This document shows, piece by piece, positions 39,738 to 51,136 of a stretch of 64,000 nt of DNA. Each line of letters begins with the position of its first letter. The first letter of the stretch is position 1. Made by a program: the position numbers and the translations under genes. The stretch spans positions 160,001 to 224,000 of the forward strand of contig CAWBQK010000007.1 of the NCBI GenBank assembly GCA_963791045.1. Reading direction: 5' to 3'. Under the pieces are notes generated by a model that was not told where the DNA came from, searched no databases, and saw only the letters and a program-made list of their open reading frames with translations. This DNA is from Candidatus Latescibacterota bacterium (GTDB lineage Bacteria; Krumholzibacteriota; Krumholzibacteriia; WVZY01).

Positions 39738-42700
39738 ATGTTTAAAGCATACGTATATCTAATCGTGACCGTGTTGGGCGTTTTCCAGTTTGGGAACGTC
39801 ACCGCGGGTGTTGAGATCCTGCAGGAAGAGAACGGCAGGATAGTAGTCGACGTTCGTTTCGGCGCGCCTGGCCCCACGGGGGTCCCCGGCTCGTCATCGA
39901 AACTCAACACGCCGGGGCTGCCGCCTTTGGGTTACGAACGTTTCTACGTGGCGATCCCCGCGGGCGGGGTTTTCCGCGTCTCCCGGATTGACGGAGTGGC
40001 GAACGAACGTGTCGGGAATTTACCTCTGCCCGTTGAGAACCACGATAAACGGGGTATTCTGCCCACAATCGAGCCCGGCCCGGGCTATTATCCCGAAAAT
40101 CCAATCGTCGTAACGGGCCCTTTCACCTTTCGCAAGACGAGGGTGATAGCCGTTGATTGTTATGTTTCGCAGGTTGACCGGGCTGCCGGTGTTGAGAGGG
40201 TCTGGCAGGGTTACCGGGTGGAAGTGTCGTATCCGGCGCACCGCTCGTATCTCACGGCGGATCGGGCCGATCCGCTGGTTGCCGGCACCGTCATAAACAA
40301 GTCTTTTTTGCCGGTTCCCGGAACCCCCGCTACTGCGCCGGATGGGCTTGCCTCGGGGGCGAGTCCCGCCGGGAATCCCGACCCGCATTTCTCACTCTCC
40401 CAAAACTGGATGAAGATTCGCGTCGACACCGCGGGCGTGTACGCGCTGGACGCGGTTGATTTTGCCGCGCTGGGCGTGGATCCGTCGTCAATCAATGATC
40501 CCGGGAGCTTCAGGCTCTTCACTCACGGGGGCACAGAGCTCGAACGGCGTGACGCGATGCGCCGCCCGTACCAGGATATGGACGGGACGTGGCGCCCGGG
40601 GAACTGGATGAATGAGTGCGACATTTTTGTCGATTACGGTGGCGATGGGACATTCGATCCGGGTGACAAGGTTATTTTCTATGGTGTGGGCTCCAGGGGG
40701 TGGCGCGATTTCTACGAGCGGGGAGCCCCGAGATACGAGTTCCACGATCATCTCTATACAAAGGGCAATTACTATTACCTGACGTGGGATGATACTCCGG
40801 GTTTCTCCGGGGTGCCGGGACGTATGGCGCTGGTGAACTCCGCTCCCCAGCCGGCCAATCCCGACGTGATCGATTTTGAAGAGCGCTTGTTTTTCGAGAG
40901 AAATCAGGTTGAGGCCTTGTCGTTCGGCGGGGACGGATGGCTCTGGATCGAAGTATCAGAAAAGACGGGGCCTGAGACGATCACGTTCCAACCGTTCGAG
41001 ATTTACAATTTCGTGGACTCGCGCCCACAAACATTCCGGACTCTGGCGCTGGCGCCGTATATCTACGGGGAAAGCAACAGGAATCATCATGCGGTGTACC
41101 GGATGAACGGTGCGCAAATCACCGACAGCGTTTTCGACAATCCAAACAACGCGGGTTACGAGAACGCAATCCCGGTCGAAAAGGCGGGCTCGTTCTTGCT
41201 CCCCGGCACCAATACTTTCCAGCTCAACATACCACGCGATCTCAATCCTTCGGATTTTATGTATTTTGATTTGTACTCGGTCTTCTATTACCGCCAGTTG
41301 ACGACGCGGGGTGGAAGTATTTCTTTTGGCTCACCCGACACAACGGGCTCGGTCAATTTCCGAGCGACCAACTTCTCGCCGGGGAGTCCCATTTATCTCT
41401 TCGATGTATCCGATCAGTTCAAACCACGTTTTCTTTCGAGTTTCGAACGGAGCGATGTTGGCGGCCGCGACCAGATCCGGTTCTCCTCGCAGATAGGTGG
41501 GGGGCGCGAATACTACTGGGCGGGCAACGAGGAAGCGCTTCGCAAGCCCGCTACGATGATCAGGCATTTCCCGAGAGATTTGAGAAACGTGACGTCGTCT
41601 CCGAACATGCTCATCGTCAGCCACCCGGATTTCATGGCGGCGGCGACGCGGTTGAAGCAGCACAGGCAGTCTCACTATCCGTACGGGACGAATCCGGATA
41701 TTGAAATCGTAACAACGGTGGACGTGTTCGATAATTTCTCGGGCGGTATGATTGATCCAATCGCGATCCGGAACTATTGCAAGTTCCTCTACGATAATTA
41801 TGATGATGGGAACGGTAATACTCCGCTCTCGTTCCTGCTTTTGCTCGGCGATGCGAATAATGATTACAAAAACAACATCACGAACCAGGAAAACTTTGTT
41901 ACGACCAATCTGAACCTCGCGCCTGGCAGTCTCGACGCTTACGCGACCGATGACTGGTTTGTCGAAATGGAACAACCCGATTCGACGGGTGCTTCCTATA
42001 TGCAAATAGCCGTCGGGCGCATTCCGGCGGGGTCGTCGCAGGACGCGATGTTCCTCGTTGACAGGATTGTCGACTACCAAACGGCCGCGGAGTTCGGCCC
42101 CTGGCGGAACCGCGCGATCCTCGTGGCCGACGACGAAGTCACTCCGTCGCACCCGCCGCAGCCGATGTTTGTAAGCCAGACCGAAAGCATCGCGCATGGG
42201 TACATGGCGAATTTTCATGAAGCACGCAAGATCTATTTGACCGAGTATCCGTTCGTTGGATCGATCAAGCCGGCGAGCCGTCTCGAATTTCTTAACGAAT
42301 GGAACGACGGTGCGCTGATGATCAACTACATCGGGCACGGCAGCTCGGTGCAGATGGCGGACGAACAGGTGTTTCTTGGGAGCGACGTCGCCAACCTTCG
42401 AAACGGTCTCCGTCTCCCTCTCTTTATGGCGTTCAGTTGTACGATAGGCGATTTCGGGCGCGCACAGACGGTGAGTCTCTCCGAAAAGCTACTCCTGTGG
42501 ACGCAGGGAGGAGCGATCGCGACGATTACCGCTTCTGAGGTGTCACTCATCGATCCCAACGCCTCGCTCAATACGAGGTTTTTCTTGGAAGTGTCTCCCC
42601 GGACACCGGGGCCACCGGAACCGCTTGGTGTCGCGCTTCTGCGGGCCAAGACATCGGCGCTGAGCGTATCGGTGAGCAAACGAATCGTTGAGGAAAACAG

Positions 42701-43790
42701 CCACAAGTACAATTTGCTGGGCGATCCCGCCCTCCAGCTGGTTATGCCGACACGGAGCGTGAAATTCAACGTTAACGATGTAGATACGATGACGACGGGC
42801 AAGCGGCAGGTTGTGAGGGGATGGATTTACCGGGATGGACAAACGGATACGGGCTTCAACGGCAATGTGAATCTCGTTGTTCGTGAGCCCGACGACGGCA
42901 GCGGGTACACGAGTGAAGACGGAGTGACGTTTATACCGTACAGGTACGCGAGGGGGACCGTGTACGAGGGCACCGCGGATGTCCGGCAGGGCGAATTCGA
43001 ATTCAATTTCAAGATTCCGAGGTCCGCCGGTACGGGGCCTGTGGCCTTCGAGCGCGCGTATGTGGATGATGGACAAATGGACGCTATCGCACTGTGTGAT
43101 ACGACCGTCTTTTCCGCCCCATCACCGGGGGACACCACGGTCTTGACCCCGATCGACGGATCGCCCCGTGTGGATTTTGGATTCAAAGGGGGGCAGACGA
43201 TCGTCAAACCGGGGGCAATTCTCCAGGCGCGTGTCAACGACCTCGATGGCGTGAACATACTCAACACGACACCGGAGGGGAAGATCGCGCTCGTATTCGA
43301 CCAAACAAACCTGCCCATCGACGTGACCGATTCGTTCCAGTTCGATCACGGTGGCACCGATACCTCCGGGACCCTCGGCTTCCCTCTGCCCGAACTCAGT
43401 GTCGGAGGGCACCGGGCGATTCTGAAGGTGGCGGATAGCTTCGGACAAGTCACACTCGACACGTTGGAATTCTCGATGACCGATCCCCAGGATTTCGTCG
43501 CGCAGGTCGTCTTGAATTACCCAAACCCATTTACAACAACAACTTATTTCCTTGTGAACCTGACCGACAGGGCGGATATCCAGATTGACTTGTTTACGAT
43601 TTCCGGCAAAAGAATCAGAAGGCTCGAACAGATGGGCGATCCGGGAGAGGTTTGGATCAACTGGGATGGAAAAGACTCTGTTGGCGATAGCATCGCCAAT
43701 GGCACATATTTATATGTAGCACGCGTGAGTTTTGTAGGGCTCGATCGTGCGCCGGTCGTTTTGAGAGGAAAAGTCGCGAAAATTGAATAA
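39738..43790 (+). CDS. porU: type IX secretion sortase PorU-like protein (peptidase C25 with a C-terminal sorting domain)
   Basis: WMKIRVDTAGVY, VFDNFSGG.IDPIAIRNY, LLLLGD, VGRIP, NYIGHG (His), FSC (Cys), LLGDPA and CTD NYPNPF...WDGKD...ANGTYLY. Confidence 0.88.
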   Translation: MFKAYVYLIVTVLGVFQFGNVTAGVEILQEENGRIVVDVRFGAPGPTGVPGSSSKLNTPGLPPLGYERFYVAIPAGGVFRVSRIDGVANERVGNLPLPVENHDKRGILPTIEPGPGYYPENPIVVTGPFTFRKTRVIAVDCYVSQVDRAAGVERVWQGYRVEVSYPAHRSYLTADRADPLVAGTVINKSFLPVPGTPATAPDGLASGASPAGNPDPHFSLSQNWMKIRVDTAGVYALDAVDFAALGVDPSSINDPGSFRLFTHGGTELERRDAMRRPYQDMDGTWRPGNWMNECDIFVDYGGDGTFDPGDKVIFYGVGSRGWRDFYERGAPRYEFHDHLYTKGNYYYLTWDDTPGFSGVPGRMALVNSAPQPANPDVIDFEERLFFERNQVEALSFGGDGWLWIEVSEKTGPETITFQPFEIYNFVDSRPQTFRTLALAPYIYGESNRNHHAVYRMNGAQITDSVFDNPNNAGYENAIPVEKAGSFLLPGTNTFQLNIPRDLNPSDFMYFDLYSVFYYRQLTTRGGSISFGSPDTTGSVNFRATNFSPGSPIYLFDVSDQFKPRFLSSFERSDVGGRDQIRFSSQIGGGREYYWAGNEEALRKPATMIRHFPRDLRNVTSSPNMLIVSHPDFMAAATRLKQHRQSHYPYGTNPDIEIVTTVDVFDNFSGGMIDPIAIRNYCKFLYDNYDDGNGNTPLSFLLLLGDANNDYKNNITNQENFVTTNLNLAPGSLDAYATDDWFVEMEQPDSTGASYMQIAVGRIPAGSSQDAMFLVDRIVDYQTAAEFGPWRNRAILVADDEVTPSHPPQPMFVSQTESIAHGYMANFHEARKIYLTEYPFVGSIKPASRLEFLNEWNDGALMINYIGHGSSVQMADEQVFLGSDVANLRNGLRLPLFMAFSCTIGDFGRAQTVSLSEKLLLWTQGGAIATITASEVSLIDPNASLNTRFFLEVSPRTPGPPEPLGVALLRAKTSALSVSVSKRIVEENSHKYNLLGDPALQLVMPTRSVKFNVNDVDTMTTGKRQVVRGWIYRDGQTDTGFNGNVNLVVREPDDGSGYTSEDGVTFIPYRYARGTVYEGTADVRQGEFEFNFKIPRSAGTGPVAFERAYVDDGQMDAIALCDTTVFSAPSPGDTTVLTPIDGSPRVDFGFKGGQTIVKPGAILQARVNDLDGVNILNTTPEGKIALVFDQTNLPIDVTDSFQFDHGGTDTSGTLGFPLPELSVGGHRAILKVADSFGQVTLDTLEFSMTDPQDFVAQVVLNYPNPFTTTTYFLVNLTDRADIQIDLFTISGKRIRRLEQMGDPGEVWINWDGKDSVGDSIANGTYLYVARVSFVGLDRAPVVLRGKVAKIE

Positions 43791-43815
43791 GAGTATTCGA
43801 GTTACGTTTGGTTGC

Positions 43816-43844
43816 TTGACCCCACCGGTGAAACTTAGTATCAT
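43816..43844 (+). promoter_or_regulatory. putative sigma70 promoter of the porV-like gene
   Basis: TTGACC-17 nt-TATCAT followed by a GGGAGG SD. Confidence 0.6.
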
Positions 43845-43869
43845 TTAATCGAATGGGAGGCTTTAGCTT

Positions 43870-44859
43870 ATGCGTTTCAGGTTAATCGGTGGCATTGCCA
43901 CTATTATTGTGCTTGTTTCATCGGCCACTGTTTTCGCCGTTGGTGAGGCGGGTGTACCGTCGCAGATCATTCCCCCCGGCGCGCGGGCAAACGGTATGGG
44001 CGAGAGCTTCGTCGCTATCGCCGATGATGCAACTGCGGCCTGGTGGAACCCTGGTGGGGTGGCGTTTCTTCGCGGCCGTAATCTTGCGCTCATGCACAGC
44101 CAGCTCGTACCAGATCTGGCCAGTGACGTTTACTATGAGTACCTGGGGTATACCAATGAAATTGAAGGAGTGGGGTCGTTGAGTTTCGGATTGGTCTATT
44201 TGACCTACGGGACCAGTGTCGCCACCAACACCCAGGGCGAAAAAACAGGAGAGTTCAAGAGTTGGGAAGCGTCTGCCGTCGTCACGTTTGCCATCCCCCT
44301 CGGTGAGAACATCGGTGTGGGTCTGTCGGGAAAATTCATTCACGCGGATCTGGCGCCGGCCGACCTGACCCTCGAGAAGCTCGACGGCACCGGGTCGTCT
44401 GTTGCGATTGATGCCGGTATGTTGTGGAAGATTCCGCGCTACAGAATCAATTTTGGGACGTCGCTTACAAATCTTGGTCCGGACATCACGTTTATCGATC
44501 AGGAACAGAGCGACCCTCTGCCCCTGACGCTTCGTGTTGGTGTCGCATGGACGGCGCTTTCGAGCGAGGTAAACAACTTTATCGCTACGGTTGATTTCGA
44601 ACAGAGTCTTGTGTGGCTCATCGACAGCGCCACGCAGACACGCCGGAGTGAGATCTACCATCTAGGTATGGAATATCGCTATATAAACCTGCTCGCCGGA
44701 CGTCTTGGTTATGTCTACGACCAGGATGGTGATTTCAAAGATTTTACTTACGGTCTGGGGTTCATTTATAAGGGCAAGGTTGCACTCGATTACGCCAACG
44801 TACCGCAGGCGACGACGCTCGACCGCGTTCACCGCTGGTCGATTTCTGTGTCGTTCTAA
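43870..44859 (+). CDS. porV: PorV/PorQ-family outer-membrane barrel
   Basis: IPPGARANGMGESFVAIADDATAAWWNPGG, NLGP..., DPLPLTLRVG and a terminal Phe; immediately after porU. Confidence 0.82.
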   Translation: MRFRLIGGIATIIVLVSSATVFAVGEAGVPSQIIPPGARANGMGESFVAIADDATAAWWNPGGVAFLRGRNLALMHSQLVPDLASDVYYEYLGYTNEIEGVGSLSFGLVYLTYGTSVATNTQGEKTGEFKSWEASAVVTFAIPLGENIGVGLSGKFIHADLAPADLTLEKLDGTGSSVAIDAGMLWKIPRYRINFGTSLTNLGPDITFIDQEQSDPLPLTLRVGVAWTALSSEVNNFIATVDFEQSLVWLIDSATQTRRSEIYHLGMEYRYINLLAGRLGYVYDQDGDFKDFTYGLGFIYKGKVALDYANVPQATTLDRVHRWSISVSF

Positions 44860-44941
44860 AACCGCGGAGACTGAGGCGTCTTCCCCTGATAATCTCCATA
44901 GGTCGGTCATCTGACCGCCGTCACACGAAAAGGGTTACCCC

Positions 44942-45883
44942 GTGCGGTTAGGGTTCATCTTTGCATTGGCATTCTTTGTGTTGGCCGGCCCCTGCTCGCT
45001 TGCAGCTGAGCCGTCAAACGTTCCTGGTTCGTCGGGACCGCCGGACGGCGAGCTGAAAGATCTGATCCCGCTATCCATAATGTCATATCAGGGTCCGAGA
45101 GACCCGGAACTCGAGTTACCCACCATCAGAGTTGAAGATGGGGAACGCGGTCTTCGTCTGTATCACCCCGGTGCCGCGGAGCCGAGATTCCTGGACACGG
45201 GAGACCATGAATCCCCGGGTGGCAGAACGTATCTTCCCGTATTGTTTTCGTTGCTCGTGCCTGGAACGGGCGAGATGTACATGGGGTACTGGGTTCGGGG
45301 TGGTGTTCTCCTCGGTCTCGAAATCGCCGCGTGGACGGGATATACGCACTATCACAATCAGGGGCTCGACGGCCGGACCGCGTACGAACAGTTTGCCGAC
45401 GACCACTGGGACTACGACCGGTGGGTGTACGATCATCCGGCGAATGAGAGCGTCAATCCCGACGACCGCACATTTGAAACGCTGGATGAGATTGGCCGGA
45501 CCACCTGGGACGGATGGCCGGGGTATCACACCTGGCATTCCAAAGAGGAAGAAAAGCAGAATTACTACGAAAACATCGGCAAATACGATTGGTTTATTTC
45601 AGGTTGGGAAGACTGGGATTCGGTTGCCAAGCCCAGGGATACCGACCTCAGAACCCAGTACAGGCAGATGCGGATATCGAGCAACGATGATCTCGACACG
45701 GCGAACAAGTTCATATATCTTAGTATCGCCACTCGCGTCGTGTCTCTGGTGCAAACTTACTTCCTGGTCCGGCGGGACATAAATCGTGAGGCGGAATTGA
45801 ACCAGGCAAAAACGTTTTCGATCGACGCTCATGCAACGGGGCTTGCCTCCGGGCGGGTATCGCTGATTTACCGTTTCAAATAA
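44942..45883 (+). CDS. exported hypothetical protein (paralog A, SLLxPGxG motif)
   Basis: Signal peptide, FSLLVPGTGEMYMG and YYENIGKYD. Confidence 0.7.
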   Translation: MRLGFIFALAFFVLAGPCSLAAEPSNVPGSSGPPDGELKDLIPLSIMSYQGPRDPELELPTIRVEDGERGLRLYHPGAAEPRFLDTGDHESPGGRTYLPVLFSLLVPGTGEMYMGYWVRGGVLLGLEIAAWTGYTHYHNQGLDGRTAYEQFADDHWDYDRWVYDHPANESVNPDDRTFETLDEIGRTTWDGWPGYHTWHSKEEEKQNYYENIGKYDWFISGWEDWDSVAKPRDTDLRTQYRQMRISSNDDLDTANKFIYLSIATRVVSLVQTYFLVRRDINREAELNQAKTFSIDAHATGLASGRVSLIYRFK

Positions 45884-45885
45884 CT

Positions 45886-46725
45886 ATGACTAATCGAATT
45901 GTATTACTGATTCTTGTGTTTGTGATTGCGGCGATGCCGCTCTCCCTGCATGCGCAGGATGCGCAAACATCCACGCTTCGAAATTCGCAGCCAACCACCG
46001 ACACCGACTGGCAGAGCGCGACAGGGTTGGCCGGGAATGACAATTTTGGCGGGATGTTCCAAACCGTGCCGACGGACGCACCCATATACGAACAGAAATC
46101 AAAATCAAAGGCTTTCTTTTACTCACTGCTTCTCCCTGGGCTCGGCCATGCTTACGTGGGCGACAAGCAAGGCGCAAAAACGTTTTTTATTATCGAGGCG
46201 GCGATCTGGACGTCTTTCATATTTTTTGAGGTTCAGGGTTATATTCGAGAGGAAAATTATCAGGATTACGCCCAGGTTTTTGCCGGAGTGTCCGGCACCA
46301 ATAAATCCGATGATTATTACAGTCTCATCGGCCAGTACGATTCCTGGGTCGATTACGAGGCGTATCTGAAGAACGAAGGACGGTTCGCGCTATACCCGGA
46401 TGCGGATTCGCAAACTCTCGACGAGTACTTTATTGACAATCGTGTATCGGATTATGAGCCGTGGGTGTGGCGGAGCGTCGATGAACGGCGGACTTTCAGA
46501 GGCAACCGTTCGGACAGTAAGCTTTCGTACCGCCGGGCCCTTTACGCTGTGGCGGTCGCTATGGGGAACCGCGCGGCGGCGGCATTTTTCTCGCTGGGTG
46601 CGACAAACAATGCCAATGAAAAGCTCGATGGGAATTCGATCGGCTACGGGTTGGAGTTTGGAGCGCCGGTGGATCATCCCGGGGATGATTTCGAAACCGG
46701 GGTATCGTTTATCGCGACCTTTTAA
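45886..46725 (+). CDS. exported hypothetical protein (paralog B, SLLxPGxG motif)
   Basis: Signal peptide, YSLLLPGLGHAYVG, YYSLIGQYD and a terminal Phe. Confidence 0.7.
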   Translation: MTNRIVLLILVFVIAAMPLSLHAQDAQTSTLRNSQPTTDTDWQSATGLAGNDNFGGMFQTVPTDAPIYEQKSKSKAFFYSLLLPGLGHAYVGDKQGAKTFFIIEAAIWTSFIFFEVQGYIREENYQDYAQVFAGVSGTNKSDDYYSLIGQYDSWVDYEAYLKNEGRFALYPDADSQTLDEYFIDNRVSDYEPWVWRSVDERRTFRGNRSDSKLSYRRALYAVAVAMGNRAAAAFFSLGATNNANEKLDGNSIGYGLEFGAPVDHPGDDFETGVSFIATF

Positions 46726-46782
46726 TTTCCGTTGACCTTCGGTCTCTCACAAACCAGCCTGCCCACCGACCGAAGAGACTCC

Positions 46783-47709
46783 ATGTATAAGTATATCGTT
46801 ATTGGAATATGGTTCGTGTTGACGCTCTTTCTCCTGGGAAGTTGTGCTTCCCAGGGGGGCGCAGCCAATGCGGCGGACTTACCCGTGGAACGCGAGGTTC
46901 CGGTCAAGGTGTACCACGAAGTTGCCGGGCTGGCGTTGGGTGAACCTCTCGCCGTTACCGTTGATATTGAAGGCAATATGTACATCGGGGACGGGATTCC
47001 GGGCCGGATCGTGTGCTGGCGCGCCGGCGGATCGGGCTCGCTCGAGTTCCAGAAGCCGAATCAGCAACCGGGGTTTTATCCGGCCGACATCGAACTAAGC
47101 GGCTTTTTTATATACGCAATCGATCCCGTCGAGAGAACTCTCCTGCGTTTCGACAACCGCGGCGCGTATCGGGACATCCTTGTCAAATTCGAGGACGTGG
47201 TTAGCGGCCGGAGAATTACACCGGTGGGCCTTGATGTCGACGATTCCGGGCGGATCCTCGTTGCGGATTCGGAGAATCACCAGGTCCTCCTTCTCGACTT
47301 GTATCTGTCCGTAGAGCTCGCATTTGGAAGTTACGGAACCCATCCTGGAAAATTCGACTCGCCGAAGGGTGTGACGTTTGTTGGCAATGGAGACATGCTC
47401 GTGGTGGATACGGGCAACCGGCGAATCCAGATCTTCGACGCCGGCGGAACTTATCTGAAAACAATACCATCGGAGAAATCGAATCCGATGATTAGTCCAA
47501 GGAGGGCGGATATCGACAAAATCGGTAATGTGTATGTTGCGGATCCCGAGGCGGGACGTGTGTTCGTGTTTGACGAGGATGGAGCGCTGATCAGGTCAAT
47601 CGTGCCCGACGGCGTGACCGATTTCAGGCCGACGGACATCGACGTGGATCGTACGGGTCTTATATACGTTACCGATGAGGCGAACAGTTCTCTTTTTGTT
47701 TTCAGGTGA
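46783..47709 (+). CDS. NHL-repeat beta-propeller lipoprotein
   Basis: Lipobox LLGSC; repeats VADSENHQV, VVDTGNRRIQIFD and VYVADPEAGRV. Confidence 0.85.
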   Translation: MYKYIVIGIWFVLTLFLLGSCASQGGAANAADLPVEREVPVKVYHEVAGLALGEPLAVTVDIEGNMYIGDGIPGRIVCWRAGGSGSLEFQKPNQQPGFYPADIELSGFFIYAIDPVERTLLRFDNRGAYRDILVKFEDVVSGRRITPVGLDVDDSGRILVADSENHQVLLLDLYLSVELAFGSYGTHPGKFDSPKGVTFVGNGDMLVVDTGNRRIQIFDAGGTYLKTIPSEKSNPMISPRRADIDKIGNVYVADPEAGRVFVFDEDGALIRSIVPDGVTDFRPTDIDVDRTGLIYVTDEANSSLFVFR

Positions 47710-47721
47710 TGTCGTATTCGT

Positions 47722-50700
47722 GTGTCTCTGTGGAAAATATTCATTACCGCCGCGACTCTGCTGCTCGCCGCCGCGGTCAGCCACGCGCAGGAGGCATCCT
47801 ACGACTGGCAGGCGTGGGGCGCGGTCACGGACACGCTCCGTGCGGTCAAGAGGGGACAGCGCGTTGGGCTGAGTTCCTCGTTTATTAAGACGGGGAGCGA
47901 AAAAGTCGTAGTCAACGACGTCGTTCTCTCCCCGGTTGATTACGAAATCAACTATCAGCGCGGTCTGATCCGTATCGATGCATTGATCGGCGATGACATG
48001 CCGGTCATCGTTTCCTACACGAGGCTTCCTTTTCTTCTCAAGTCGGTGTATTCCCTCCGGCCCATCGAATTTGCCGAAGGAGAGGGCGACCGCGCCGTGG
48101 TTCCGAGACCGGAACCTCCGCCCGACTCCGCTTCCAAATCATATTTCAACCCCACGGGCAATCTCGCGTTCGGCGGCATGAAGTCGATCAGCTTCACGGT
48201 CGGTTCAAACAGGAGCGCGTCGCTTGACCAGGCTCTGAGGGCGACCGTCGAGGGGGATCTCACTTCATCGATAAAGGTCAAGGCGCTCCTTTCCGACGAT
48301 AACCTGCCGATCCAGCCTGAGGGCAACACCCAGGAACTCGAATATCTGGACAAAGTCTATGTCGAGATCACAGGGCCGAAAGCCGGAGCGACGCTCGGTG
48401 ATTTTGCGTTTGCAAACGACTATTCCGATTTCAATTTGTTCCGCCGCGAACTCAAAGGCGCGATGGGCAGCGTCAACCTGACCGACAAGTCGAGGGTCGA
48501 GGTTGCGGGCGGGTCGAGCAAGGGTGTGTTCCGCGCGGTCAAATTCCGTGGAATTAACCAGCTCCAGGGACCGTACGATCTTCTCGCCCAGGGCGGGTTT
48601 TCCAATGACGTGATCATAGCCGGTACCGAAAAGGTGTTTTTTGACGGTGAGCGGCTTCTGCGCGGACAGAACCGGGACTACGTGATCGACTACGATCGCG
48701 GGACGATTACGTTTACGACTCGGCGATCGGTTACGGCGGACACAGAGATAGCCGTCGATTTCGAAGCCACCCAGGAGAAATACGACAGGACGTCGTTGTT
48801 CGCAAATGCGATGACTCGAAATCTTCCCGCGGGATTTCGACTGAGCGCGCTCGCGGCGACCGAAAAAGACGATTCGAACAGACCCAAGTCGATAACGCTC
48901 AGCGATGAAGAGCGGGAGATCATCGCGGAGGCGGGGGACAATCCGACAAAGGCCATCGCGGGCGGAGCGACGTTTGTCGGCGAGGGGAGGGGATTATATC
49001 GTTGTGCCGGCGGATTCGATCCTGGGGACGCCGGAGTATTATGAGTTCAGCGATTCGTTGGGTACGTACAACGTTATCTTTGTCGATGTTGGCTTTCTCC
49101 AGGGCGATTATATCCTCGCGGGTATAACTGTCGCAGGCCGGACGATCTATCGATTTGTCGGGGAAGGCCAGGGGCGGTATATCGTCGGCAAGGCACTTCC
49201 GCTTCCCCAGGCGCACTCGATTTACACGGGCCGTTTGACGAGGGCCGGGGGGCGGTTTCTCGATGTCGATCTCCAGTACAATATCAGCGACTTTGACGCA
49301 AATACGCTCTCGCCCCTCGACGACCGGAACAATGTCGGGGACGCCGGCGAAGCCAGAATTCGGTTGAAAGCAATCCCTCTTCTTGTGGGAACACTCGATC
49401 TCACGGGGACGATGAGCACGATCGAAGACACCTATCGAAGCCTCGAGAAAACCCGACCGACTTACTTCTACCGCGACTGGAACCTGGAAAACGAACTGCT
49501 CGTCGGGAGGGAAGTTCTCCAGGAGGGAACGACGACATTCAAACGGAACGATTCGATCAAGCTCGACTACTCGATGGGCAAGATCCGGCGGGATAACTTC
49601 GATGGCACCAAGCAGGAAGTGCGCGCGTCCGTGGTCGCCGCCGCCGATCGCAAGCTCACCGGTCGCGCGTTTACGACCGACACCGACGGCGATCGCGACA
49701 AGAGAACACGTGAGCACGGAGATGTTGCCGTCTCGTACGGGTTGTGGAAATTTGTTCCCGCCTTCGAATACACAACCGAAGAGTACCTGGTCACGTCAGA
49801 GGTAACGGCGGACAGCGGGATTGCGTTCGATCGCTATGTGGCCCGGGTGGGCAGCCGCAACACCGGGCGGCTTTCATATTCTATATTTGCCGAGCAGAGG
49901 GATACTGAGGAGTTTGCGGATACCGGCCGGGTGTGGGTAGAGACGAGGACCGACCAGGCGATCGGGGGTTCTCTCTCTTCGCGTCGTTACCGGTCGCTCC
50001 AGGGAGAGGTTCGATATACGCACCGGATCCGCGATGACAAGGTGTTCAACTCGAAGAGCACATCGGATCTCGCCCGATTGAACGGGCTCGTCCGGCTCGA
50101 ACCGCTGGGTGTGCGTTCGACTCTCGATTATGAGATCAGCCAGAACCGGCAGCGCGCGCAACAACGGTCAGTAGTATTCGTGGGCGAGGGCCAGGGGGAC
50201 TACAACGAACTCGGCGAGCCGGTTGGAAAGGGCCGCGGCGCGTTCACGATAGTCTATCTGCCGACAACGCTCACCGTGCCGACGAGTACGCTCGACTTTA
50301 CATGGAATCTCACCTGGAAGATGAAGAAGAAAAGCAGGGGCCGCGGACCGTTCTCGTGGATCCTGTCGAATGTATCGCTCAATCAATCTTTCCGGGTGAG
50401 GGAGGAGACCACGGCTCGTGATGCGTACAAGGTGTACCTTCTTTTTCCGTCCGCGCTCCAGCGGGATGAATCGACGCTTGCCGGGATCGTGTCCCTTCGG
50501 CAGGAGTGGTCGCTTCTTGATTCCTACCCGAACTGGTCGCTGTCGGTCAAATACCAGAGGGATGACGAGGAGGAGAACAGATTCAATAACGTTAATGAAG
50601 AGCGGCTTTTCGAGCAGCAGCTTGTGAGGCTGGACCGTTCGCTGACTTCCAGGTTGAGCGCGAACATCGAACTGCGGCGTGAGATTAAACAACGTGGAGG

Positions 50701-51136
50701 CCGGGGGCTAACCGTCGGCGTTGGGAGCACGTTCGACGTGCTCGGGCTTGCCGCCGCGGCGGGGTGGGGGCTTCGGTTTTCGGCGGGGAGCACACTCGAT
50801 GGAGAAATCGAATACCGGCAACAGGAGGACTCGGAGTCCGGCGCGCGCGAGGTTGCGATTACGTTTCGCCCGCGTTTCGTTTGGCGCCTGACCAAGTCGC
50901 TGAACCTGTTTGGGCGCTATGAAGTCACACAGTTTACTTTAAGTGATGAGACAGGGATCAAGCCTTTCTATTTCGCGAATCCGGGCACCACGCACCGTTG
51001 GGCGCTGACGCCGAATTTGCGGTTGTCCAAAGTAATTTCGCTGCTCGGCACCTACCAGGGGCGGAGTGAAGAAACATTTTCAGGATCCAGGATTGTCGAC
51101 CATGAACTCACCGTGGAAACACGCGCATATTTCTAA
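47722..51136 (+). CDS. very large outer-membrane protein with SprA-like motifs (one gene split by a frameshift at ~48990)
   Basis: ORFs 47722-49044 and 48905-51136 join at a G run. Signal peptide, two E-x-V...DY-x-I-x-Y..G motifs, many amphipathic strands and a terminal YF. Confidence 0.7.
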
